DNA of 64,000 nt from Selaginella moellendorffii (lineage: Eukaryota; Plantae; Lycopodiophyta), in the NCBI RefSeq assembly GCF_000143415.4, contig NW_003314322.1, forward strand, positions 621,430 through 685,429, in the 5' to 3' direction. Every line of letters begins with the position of its first letter. Position 1 is the stretch's first letter. The notes under the pieces are model-generated. The model was not told where the DNA came from. It worked only from the letters and a program-made list of their open reading frames with translations, and did no database searches. Both the position numbers and the translations under genes were made by a program. This document shows, piece by piece, positions 54,340 through 64,000 of this stretch.

Positions 54340-57288
54340 ATGCGTCTTCCCTGGCGATGGCGCGATCGCCAGGGAAGACCGGTGATGGCACAACCAATGC
54401 AGTGCACAAGGTTTGTCATCTTGCATCGTAGCCATGGATCCGGCGGCGCCCAAATCGAAAATGCTCGTGGCACTGGAATATCAGCAGAGGCGCGGGATTT
54501 CTACGAGAAAATCCGGCTGGCACCGACGATCCCCGGCTACATTGCGGCGATCAAGGCGTGCAGCAGCTCCAGGGATCTCCTCACGGGCGACAGGATTCAC
54601 GGCGACCTCCGCGCCAGCGCGATGATCGACGATCCCTCCTTGGCCAGCAGCTTGGTGGAGATGTATGGGCGATGCGGCAGTGTAGCACGGGCCCGGGAGG
54701 TTTTCGACGCGATCCAGCGTCCCAGCTTGGCTAGCTGGAGCTCCATGGTCATGGCTTGTGCTCACAGTGGACATGGCGAGCTAGCGCTGGAATTTTTCTC
54801 TCGCATGGAAGACCGTGGCCTCCGCCCGGATGCTCGCTGCTTCATCGCTGCTCTTAAAGCTTGTGCCATTCTAGCGGAGAAAGAGAAGCACGGCACCACC
54901 ACCGCCGCCGCCGCTGATCCAGCGCGAAGAATCAAGGCCACGACCAAGAAGAGTTTGGAGAGAGGCATGGCTCTCCACTCTCAGCTCCAAAAGCTCGGAC
55001 TGGAAGAAGACATCTTCGTGGCGAGCACGCTGGTGGACATGTACGCCAAGTGTGGAAGCATGGCGAGCTCGCGAGCGGTGTTCGAGAGGATGGCTGCCAG
55101 GAACACGGTCGCCTGGAACGCGATCATCATGGGATACGCGCAGGCTGGCGCTGGTTGCGAGGCCCTGGAGCTCTTTGCGAGGATGCAGCACGAGGGAACC
55201 CTCCCAGACTCGAGAACTTTTGTGGCGGCTTTCAAGGCTTGCATGAGTCTGATGGGAGGAGCGTCGAGGATGGCGGGCTTGAGCAGAGCTATGGCGATCC
55301 ACGGCGAGCTCGAGAAGCTGGGACTGGTAGCCTCCAACACGTATCTCGCGAACAGCGTCATGGATATGTACTCCAAGCTGGGAAGAATGGCGGACGCTCG
55401 CAAAGTCTTCGACGGCATGAGGAGCCGGAGTTTGGTGTCGTGGAACACTCTCATCGCCGGCTACGGTCAGAGTGGCGATGGCGCGGTGGCTCTCGCCATG
55501 TTTTCGAGAATGCGGGACGAGGGACTCGAGCCGGACGCGCTGACGTTCATCGCGGTGATCAATGCCTGTGCGCTGCTGGCCGCTCGCGAAGAAGGTACGC
55601 TCGTTGGTCGCAAAGTTGTAAAGCCGGTGTCACTTGCTAAAGGCGTGAGCATCCACTCGCAGGCTGGACGGCACGAGCTGGAGAACACCTTCGTCGCAAA
55701 CTCGCTCGTCGACATGTACGCCAAGTGTGGGAGCCTGGACAACGCTCGGCGCGTCTTCGATCGAATGCCCCGGCACACCACCGTCTCCTGGAACTCGATG
55801 ATCACGGGGTACGTCCAAGGTGGCGAGCCCGAGACGGCGCTGACGCTGCTGGAGGTGATGCGCGACCGAGGCTTCGTGCCGGACGCTCGGACGTATCTCG
55901 CGGCCGTGAACGCAGTTGCGAGCCTGGCGGACAGGGAAGAACCCGAGCTAGTCGAGCAGCGTCCCGTGAAGCTGGCGTGCCTGGAGAGAGGCCTCGAGAC
56001 GCACTCGCGGCTGGCGAGAGCGGGCTTCCAGTCGGACAAGTTCGTGGCGAGCGCGCTGGTTGACATGTACTCCAAGTGCGGCAGCATGGCGGACGCGCAG
56101 CGAGTCTTCGACCGGATGCCGCACAGAGACTCGGTGTGCTGGACGGTGCTCATCCTCGGCTACGCTTTAAGTGGCGACGAGCAGGCGGCGCTGGAGCTTC
56201 TCTCCCGGATGCACGAGGAAGGATACACTCCGAACGCTCTCACGTACGCTGCGGCGCTCAACGCTTGCATGAGCCTGGCTTCCAGAGAAGCACCCGGCCG
56301 CTGCCTGGAACTAGCTGCGGCGATTCACTCCCAGATCTCCAAGAGCGGCTGCGAGTCGGACGTCCTGGTGGCGAGCACGCTGGTGGGCATGTACTGCAAG
56401 TGTGGGAGCCTGGTGGACGCGCGGAGAGTCTTCGACCGGATGGAGAGGCACGACGTTGTCTCGTGGACGACGCTGATGCTCGGATACGTCCAGGCGGAGC
56501 AAGCACCGGCTGCGCTGGATCTCTTCTCGCGGATGCAGCAAGTCCAAGGCCTGGTACCCGACGCTCCAACTTACGCCGCCGCGCTCCGGGCCTGCGGGAG
56601 CTCCACGGCTCTGGAGACCGGAAGGGCCATCCACCAGCAGATCCGTCACGCCGAGATGGAAGCCGAGGTGGTCGTCGTGAATTCTCTGCTGGGCTTCTAC
56701 GGACGGTGCGGCTGCATGGCGGAAGCTTGCGAAGTTTTCGACTCGGCGGCCAGCGCGGGACGCGACGCCGTGACCTGGAACGCGATCATCGCTGGCTACT
56801 GCCACCAGGGAGACGTAGCCTCGGCTCTCAGGCTCTTCGAGCGGATGCTGGAAGATCACTGGCAGCCGGACGGTGTCACTTTCCTTTCGCTGCTGACGGC
56901 GTGCTGCCATGCCGGGCTGGTGGACAAGGGGAAGGAGTTGTTCCGGCTCATGGTCTCGGACTACGCCATCGTGCCTGGCATCGAGCACTACAGCTGCGCG
57001 GTGGATCTTCTCGGGCGGGCCAACCAGGTGGACGAAGCTCTGGCGGTGGTGACCAGCATCCCCGTGGCACCCGACTTGAAGCTATGGATGACAGTGCTGG
57101 ACGCTTGCGGGAAGTGGAGCAACTGGGAGGCTGGAAGGGTGGCGTTTGAGTCCATCCAGCTGCTGCTGGATCACAGGGATCACTCGGCTGCGTACGTGCT
57201 GATGTCCCGGACGTATCTTGCGCTGGAGCTGGAAGCGCGAGATCTTGACGAAACTTGGAAGAATGCATCTGTTAGAGAATTTGCATAG
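54340..57288 (+). CDS. Large PLS-E class PPR protein with elongated L motifs, intronless, no DYW
   Basis: Repeated P-L-S triplets (SWN..I.GY / PD..TF.A...AC / FVAS.LVDMY.KCGS) and an ACCHAGLVDKG...EHYSCAVDLLGRA E-domain. Confidence 0.93.
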   Translation: MRLPWRWRDRQGRPVMAQPMQCTRFVILHRSHGSGGAQIENARGTGISAEARDFYEKIRLAPTIPGYIAAIKACSSSRDLLTGDRIHGDLRASAMIDDPSLASSLVEMYGRCGSVARAREVFDAIQRPSLASWSSMVMACAHSGHGELALEFFSRMEDRGLRPDARCFIAALKACAILAEKEKHGTTTAAAADPARRIKATTKKSLERGMALHSQLQKLGLEEDIFVASTLVDMYAKCGSMASSRAVFERMAARNTVAWNAIIMGYAQAGAGCEALELFARMQHEGTLPDSRTFVAAFKACMSLMGGASRMAGLSRAMAIHGELEKLGLVASNTYLANSVMDMYSKLGRMADARKVFDGMRSRSLVSWNTLIAGYGQSGDGAVALAMFSRMRDEGLEPDALTFIAVINACALLAAREEGTLVGRKVVKPVSLAKGVSIHSQAGRHELENTFVANSLVDMYAKCGSLDNARRVFDRMPRHTTVSWNSMITGYVQGGEPETALTLLEVMRDRGFVPDARTYLAAVNAVASLADREEPELVEQRPVKLACLERGLETHSRLARAGFQSDKFVASALVDMYSKCGSMADAQRVFDRMPHRDSVCWTVLILGYALSGDEQAALELLSRMHEEGYTPNALTYAAALNACMSLASREAPGRCLELAAAIHSQISKSGCESDVLVASTLVGMYCKCGSLVDARRVFDRMERHDVVSWTTLMLGYVQAEQAPAALDLFSRMQQVQGLVPDAPTYAAALRACGSSTALETGRAIHQQIRHAEMEAEVVVVNSLLGFYGRCGCMAEACEVFDSAASAGRDAVTWNAIIAGYCHQGDVASALRLFERMLEDHWQPDGVTFLSLLTACCHAGLVDKGKELFRLMVSDYAIVPGIEHYSCAVDLLGRANQVDEALAVVTSIPVAPDLKLWMTVLDACGKWSNWEAGRVAFESIQLLLDHRDHSAAYVLMSRTYLALELEARDLDETWKNASVREFA

Positions 57289-57511
57289 AAAAACTAACTT
57301 GATTATGATATCACAAAGATGTCGGCCTTTTCTAGTGTTCGTCGTTTCTCGCGTATTATTTTACTCCGCTCCATCCTTATGGGAGTCACGAGTTCTCTTT
57401 CGAGTATTGTACACCTGAGAGAAAAGAAGACCCCCTTAGAAGCACGAATTGGAGAAAAGGAAAGAGATATGTTTACCTCTGAAGAGAGCCTTTCGAAACA
57501 TTACAAGACGA

Positions 57512-60500
57512 CTACTCTAGCTTCGGACGCTTCGGCGCGGGAGACTGAGGGTCGGATGGAAGGATATTTTGGTCGCCATTCGTTGCGTCCTGGTCGAGCG
57601 TGGCATCGTTGCTCGGTGGGGAGTCATCGTTGTTCGCTGCATCGGTGTTGGTGTTGCTTAACGCCCCGGTGACAAACGAGTCGCTCATTAGTGAGGGCTC
57701 TTGAAACTCAAGCCTTCGCCTGCGGGGAACGATGAAGTTACAAGGGCCAACCAAATCGATGTGAGCAACTTACCCGTTTGATAGATTTAGGCGACAGTTG
57801 ATGACGGTAAGGTCCTTGGAGGGGCTTTGATAAGCGTGAGTGCTTTCACCCACGCACGCATACAAGCTTCTGGAATGAGGAGACATGATGTTTTCAACCT
57901 GTTGATGGAAACCGATCATTAGTTACAATGAAAAATGCAAAAAGACCCGACTCAGACCTTGGTGTTTCGAAGAGGTGAGACAAAGACGTTGTGCCTGGCA
58001 GATACTTTTCTCGGAGACATATCGGGAATCGCTGGGAACACCGATGGCCTCGGGGGAGAGCTGGGTGCTACGTATCAGAAAACCAGAGCTCAGAAATTAC
58101 GAATACGCAAATTCACAAACTACCTTCGTCTGTCGCAGTGCCTTTGCCTGCCACCATGGATGCGGGTCGTGCAGCGATGTTCATTAAAAAGGCCTTCGTT
58201 GCAGGAACATAGATTTCATTGTAAAATTTTATGATATCCCCCATGTCTGTTCTCTGTCAAACACAAACAGCAAAAAGTTTAACGCACACGAACCCAATAA
58301 ATCTATTTACCCCACGCCGCTGTTCAAGATAGACATTCCTGAAAACATGGTTTCTGCTTTGAGGCTGTTTCCGATATTGGAAAATGATGTCCCTGAATGT
58401 CACGTTGAGCTTCATAACCTGCACTTATACGCATGAGAAGAAACACATGCTGACAACAATCCTAACCTTGCATACGCCATACATGCTACACAATATTATT
58501 TGATCAATATGCCGGTTGAAGAAGATGGTAGTCCGGTTCAGTGCATACTCGAAGACCTGGAAGATTTGCTCAACCACATGACTAGGCTGTGAAAGACGTT
58601 CACATAGAACTTTGATTCGGCTAGCAGCGAGCTTCAACACCTGCGGGCCGAAACACCCAGTCAAAACCAAATGCTAATGTTTGTAGCGCTCCACCTTTTG
58701 AAAAAACACGTTCATCACGGCCTCTGCACACGTTTCTCCAGAAGCATGAGGATTCGGTTTCTGAGGACTGAAGGAGGAATTGTCAGTACAACGTCCAAAA
58801 AGAAGTCCTTTCATGTACCTTGCAAATACAGATTGAAGATGGAAAAGGTTCCGTTTTCCCGAACCCGAGTTGAAAGCTGAAAATGCAGACGGCCTTTCCT
58901 TGACCGGGGATGGTATACAAGTTAGTGTTTGCTCCCCGGACAACAACGGCTCTCTATCTGGAGAATTTGCATCTGGAAACAATAAAGTTAGCATGAATTC
59001 GGCTAAGTAAATAGAACTCACCAGGCATATCTTCTCCTTTGGACTCCCGTCGTGAAGACAATGTCTCCAACGATGGCATTGGCTCAGCCATAAGTTCTAG
59101 GCGCCTTATTTCGTCTCCAAACCTTGGCCGTGCGACAATAAGTGAGTTGTACATCGACGAGCCCTTCTCCCAAGCCATGCTTTCCAGAAGTCGCTCTTCA
59201 ATGGAATTTAAGTGCCGCTTGAGTTCCCTTGGAAGAGTTTCTTCGTGTCTGACGAAAGACTCTATCACTTTGCTCATGTCGAATGCGGTTATCCCAGTCG
59301 GTCCTAGAACAGCAGGAAACGACAGAATAACCGTCTTGTGAGTCGCTAGGACCAACTCTCCCGAGCAAGCCAGCATACACCGATGGAACTTCTCGCTTGT
59401 CAACACGGACGTCAAATTCTTACTTTGCAGCCTCAAAGACTCGGCGTGGCAGAGTGCAGTTAAAACTCTGTAGTAAAGCTTGGAAGCCTCGGACCTTCTC
59501 TGCACTGCCCATTCCAAACTTCCACTGCTATGGAGAGTGGCTTTCCAGCTACCAGGAGAATAGATGGGAAATATTGCCTCAAGTATAACCTTAGCCCTGT
59601 GTGTCACCTCCTCCGTTATGTCCCGGTCACAGGATCTAAGATACTCCAATAACTCTGTGCTTGGCTCTGAAGGCAATGGTGCTATAACAGTTCGTAACCA
59701 CTTTGCTGTTGTCATTGTTACGCTGACAGGTGTTGGTGGTGGCATCTTAGCTGCCGTAATCATAGCCAGTGAAGAGCGTGGTGAGGACGTCGAAGACAAA
59801 GTTTGTTGCAAAGAAGACACTTGAGCATCTTTCTCCCGGTGCTGTAAGCAGAAAGGTGTCAAAAGTTTTCATTTAGAAAAACGAATAACGTACCAACAGA
59901 GTAAGGCTAGGCTCTGCAAAGAGCTCGTATCCTTCCTCTCCACTGGATTCATATTGTTTCTCCAATGTTAGCAAATTTGCAGCAATCATATTATCTTCCA
60001 TCAGTCCTTCAAAGTAGACTAGACCATCTGGAAAAAAAAGATGATCAAAACCGGAACCTCAGTTCAAATATATTACCAGAACTGAAACCTTGCAAATTGC
60101 TGACAGAACTGCAGTCACTCGTACTAGGTAAGTTCGGAAAAATGCTGGAAATCATGTCTTGTATATTCTTCAGCACGGACATAACATCTTTTTCATCAGC
60201 CTCTCCCACACTGCAGAGAGAGGATATAAGTTTAACACCATCCGCATCTCTTTTCGCTGGAAACGAGATCAGTCAATTTGGTGCGAATAAAGGCACGAGC
60301 AAAACGTACGAAATAGAGACTTGTTCTCCAGAGAATAAGATCTCAAGGACGCTGGCATATGAACGATCATGACGGCCTGTTTGTGAGAAAGTCAGATGAC
60401 GAAGATTCAACGTTGGCAGAATGGCTTACCACGACACCCAGGAGTGCGTTCGTACATGTTACAAGGTCAGGAAACCGACCAAGAACGTGAACCCTAGCAG

Positions 60501-61350
60501 CCAGAAAGAGAAACCATCCAAACCTCTGATGGATGCTTATTTCATCGCTTTCAGACTCCGCGGGCTCAAAATATTGTGGAAAGGTCCTCTTATAATAGCT
60601 GCAGACATATCGTCAGAACCAGGAACTTAAAACCATACGAATCATCGCTCACTTGAACAGAACCATCAGGTGCACAAAAGTTGCCTGGTCTTCCTTAGCC
60701 TGACAGAAGGTACAAAGCAATCAATACGCCAGTAGAAGAGAAACTGTATACCTGAAGATCGCCTTGGAATTCTGCCCCGTAAACGCTCTTCAAGGTTGGC
60801 GCACATTTCTTTAAGAACTGTGTGATCTCCCGGAAAAATTCCACAACACTGTTCATTGTCATGTTAGGAACGAAAGGAAAAGAAAAAAAAATAAGGAGAC
60901 GCACCTCAGGTTGGTCACACGAAGAACTTGCGTGAGTGTGAAGATAGGAACCTCTCTTCTATCCAGCTTCTTCACGACGTAAAGAATTCCCGCCATCCAT
61001 ATACGCTCGGCCTCATCGACCTAAAAGAAAAACGTTAATAAAACATTAAAAAAGAGGAAAGTGTGTTACCGAGCCACCGAGCAGTGACGAATCCCGCAGT
61101 GGAGCGACCAAACCATACAGCCTTAGCGCCTTCTCCAGAGAAATCTCGTCGAGGGATAGCCTTGTCTGCCAGATTCCCAGGAGAATGGAAGAATTCAGCA
61201 ATCTAAACGGCAAATCCAAGTAATTCAGACCTCGCAGAACTCCCTGAATCGAGCCTCGCCATCCAGCGCCGCGCCGTTGCCATTAGACGCGGCGGCAGGG
61301 GAAGCAGCGGCAGCGCCAGCACTCGATCGCGCTTGTTCCTCGCCCGGCAT
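57512..61350 (-). CDS. RBR: Retinoblastoma-related protein, multi-exon
   Basis: [76 protein letters not shown] (A pocket), [18 protein letters not shown] (B pocket), [20 protein letters not shown]. Confidence 0.96.
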
Positions 61351-61614
61351 TCTACCCTACTGCCGTCCTAGCGGCACCTGGAAATTCCAGCCCCGGATCT
61401 AGCTAGGAGACGCCACAACGAAGAACCCTAGAGAGCTAAGCGAGGGAAATGAAGCAACATGGCGGGAAAGAACCGACCTACTCGGCAAGCGTGCATAAGA
61501 AGCTTGCGTGAGAGAAAAAATAAAGGAGTTTGTTGGAATATTCGTTGAACACTCATTGACAAAAATATTTAAAGGAAACTCTCTCATTTAATCTCTTTTG
61601 ACTTATTTTTTCCG

Positions 61615-63384
61615 TTAAACTGATACCGCAGGGATGTCGATGGTCATGCCGGCTTGGATTTGTCCCCAGCCGATCAAACGCCAGTGCTTCTCCACTCTCC
61701 GGCTCAATGCCACTTTCTCGCCTTTGCTCGTGCAAACCGGGGACGTGAGTTGGAGCTTGGCCAGATCGTTCTTCACGGCCAGGACGCGAGCTCCCGTCGA
61801 CATTGATCCGATGTTGAGCATCAACATCTCTCCTTTGGCGAGCTTGGAGACCTTCTCTTGCTTCTCCGACCCTTTAGTTCTTACTCCCAGGAGCCGACGC
61901 AATAGAAAGAAGTTCACCTGAAAGTTTAAACCAGCTTAGCTCCCCTCTTCTCAAAGCAAAGCAAAAGCGAGTACCTCGAGCTCTACAAACACGTCCGGAA
62001 GAGCTCCCACTTCTCCAAGCACCTGACCGACGAGTCTGTCAGCCCGAGTGAGCGTCGGATCGATCGTCGTGCCGACACCGATGAGGCCTCCAGGCACCGC
62101 GAACTGGAGCTCGTTCTGCTCCGCAAAGAGCGAGACGATTCGGGAGAAGATCGGTGTGCATTTGATGTTTCCTTTGTCATCCTTTGCCACGATCCCGGGA
62201 CGGACTTCCACCTTCTGTCCCAGCTTTAGAACACCCTGGACGAGGAAACGCGAAAACGAGTGAGTAGTTGCAGCTGCAAGTTTTAGATTTTACACGTACC
62301 CTGAGAATACTCCCGCCAGCCACTCCGCCCTTGATTTCGTCCACCTCCGCTCCCGGCTTGTTCACGTCGAAAGATCTGATGACAATCATGTTTGGTGGGG
62401 AGATGAAGTCACGCTCCGGAATGGGAATCTTCTTCACGATGTATTCACAAACAACGTCGACGTTGTACTTGAGTTGCGCTGAAACAGGCACCACTGGAGC
62501 GTTATCGGCGACGGTGCCCTGCAGAGCCGAAACTAAGAACGGTGTCTGCAAGGAGGAAAGAAAACGAGCGGACATACCTGGATAAACTTCTTGATGGCAT
62601 CATATTGGTTAAGTGCCACGCTTTCCTGGATCAAGTCGATCTTGTTTTGGAGAATGATAATGTGCTTTAAGCGCATGATCTCCACAGCCGCAAGATGCTC
62701 GGAAGTTTGCGGCTGCGGGCAGCTTTCGTTGCTGGCAATCAAAAGCAAAGCGCCGTCCATGATCGCAGCACCATTAAGCATCGTAGCCATGAGAATATCA
62801 TGTCCCTGAAAGTCTTCGTAAGAACAGCTAGAAGAAAACGAAAACTACGACGAACTTACAGGACAATCCACGAAAGACACATGCCTCTTGAGCACCATCC
62901 GGCAGTTCTCGAATCCAGGAACGTCACAAAAGGGACTATCTTCCTTGCCACTCCCGTAAGCTCTTCAGCACACGGCATAGACTTTAGAACATAGAGAAGA
63001 TTTCTACAAAGCGCATACTTGTAGCATTTCGGCCGAGGGCATCGCTCGTCTTCACACATGTAAATCTTCGCATTCGCATAGCCGAGCTTGATTGTGATGT
63101 TACGCTCCAATTCATTCTTGAAGCGGACAGTCTGAGAAGCAGAACAAAGAATCAAACAAAGAAAACAACATCAACTCGGCACTGGAGACACAAAACAAGC
63201 TCTAGATCACCTGGACGCCAGAGATCGCCTTGACGACTGTGGATTTGCCGTGCGCCACATGCCCAATGGTGCCGATATTGATCGTGGCTTGCCTCGAGAT
63301 GACCTCTGGCGACTGTGGAGTGAGCTTCGCTGCATCCAGCTTTGACAAATCTTGCTCCGTCAATGCTCGCCGCGACGACGACAT
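61615..63384 (-). CDS. EIF2S3: Eukaryotic translation initiation factor 2 subunit gamma
   Basis: [74 protein letters not shown]. Confidence 0.97.
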
Positions 63385-63548
63385 TGTGCCCTGCCGCGCT
63401 TGCGCCGCCTGTCCGAAATGCCCGAACCACAAAACCCTCTGCTCTGTTTGCCCTAATTCCCAAGAACCCTAGTTCTTTGTATGCCGTTGGATCATAGCCC
63501 TAACCTTTCGACATTTCTTGGCCGTGGGATCTTTCCTTTTGGGCTCAA

Positions 63549-64000
63549 ATGCAAAGGCTTTCTTCGGCCTTGCCGCATAGATTTCCAATACCCAGGGTTT
63601 CCCCTAGCCCGGCGAAGAGTTCTAGGGTTTGTGCGGAGGCGTCGGTGATGGATAGGAAGCGGCGGATGGAGCCGGGTGTCGGCGAAAGCAGCCAGAAGAA
63701 GGCGCTTTCGCTGCGCAAGAACAATGCGCGATCCGCGAGGAGCATCAGCTACATCCAGGTTCGATTCACTGCTCTTCCTGCTTTGCGATGCCAATAGCGG
63801 CGAGCTACTGCAGATTTTTGGGACTGGAATGGACACGGGAGAGACATCGCCCTGCGTCCTTCTCTTTTTTGATAGCAAGCGGTTTGTTTTCAATGCTGGA
63901 GAGGTACGTTGCCAGAGAAGATAGATAGTTCTTACGCGAATGACATCTTTGGCAGGGTTTGCAACGTTTTTGTCAAGAGAACAAGATCAAGTTATCTAAG
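63549..64000 (+). CDS. TRZ3: tRNase Z long form (ELAC2/TRZ3-like), 3'-partial
   Basis: SYIQ|IFGTGMDTGETSPCVLLFFDSKRFVFNAGE|GLQRFCQENKIKLSK, preceded by a presequence-like N-terminus. Confidence 0.9.

Noticed and set aside
54871-57268. Multiple long overlapping ORFs (e.g. 56076-57149) over the PPR gene
   Set aside because: Alternative-frame and antisense artefacts of GC-rich coding DNA.

Overview
Eukaryotic plant nuclear DNA. The very short introns (about 42-70 nt), tiny intergenic spacers and PLS-class PPR genes suggest the lycophyte Selaginella (inference, not verified). Two compact blocks of conserved genes flank an AT-rich accessory island. Block 1 (1-25.3 kb) holds an SRPBCC/cyclase gene, a small PHD-like gene, GRIP golgin, an aldo-keto reductase plus a pseudogene, two EUL lectins, tRNA-Lys, MER3, DHX35, DUF1685, ISY1, tRNA-Arg and organellar GluRS. 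Block 2 (42-64 kb) holds a transaldolase-like gene, a miRNA-type hairpin, PPR genes and debris, DUF569, DCC1, RBR, eIF2-gamma and tRNase Z. The island (about 25.3-42 kb) contains a complete 593-bp Cassandra-type TRIM with 5S-rRNA-derived LTRs, two related solo LTRs nested in a dead Ty3/Gypsy, and a tRNA-like head fused to a LINE 3' end. It also carries two intact unusual genes: an intronless, very AT-rich secreted orphan-domain + GNA-lectin gene, and a spliced SAM-like + REase-fold + kinase gene resembling fungal/Crinkler-type effectors. Also notable: the transaldolase/FSA-family gene has Gln at the Schiff-base Lys, and a long near-symmetric pre-miRNA hairpin lies at 44270-44416. CDS coordinates span introns and were assembled by eye; family assignments come from motif recognition, not database searches.
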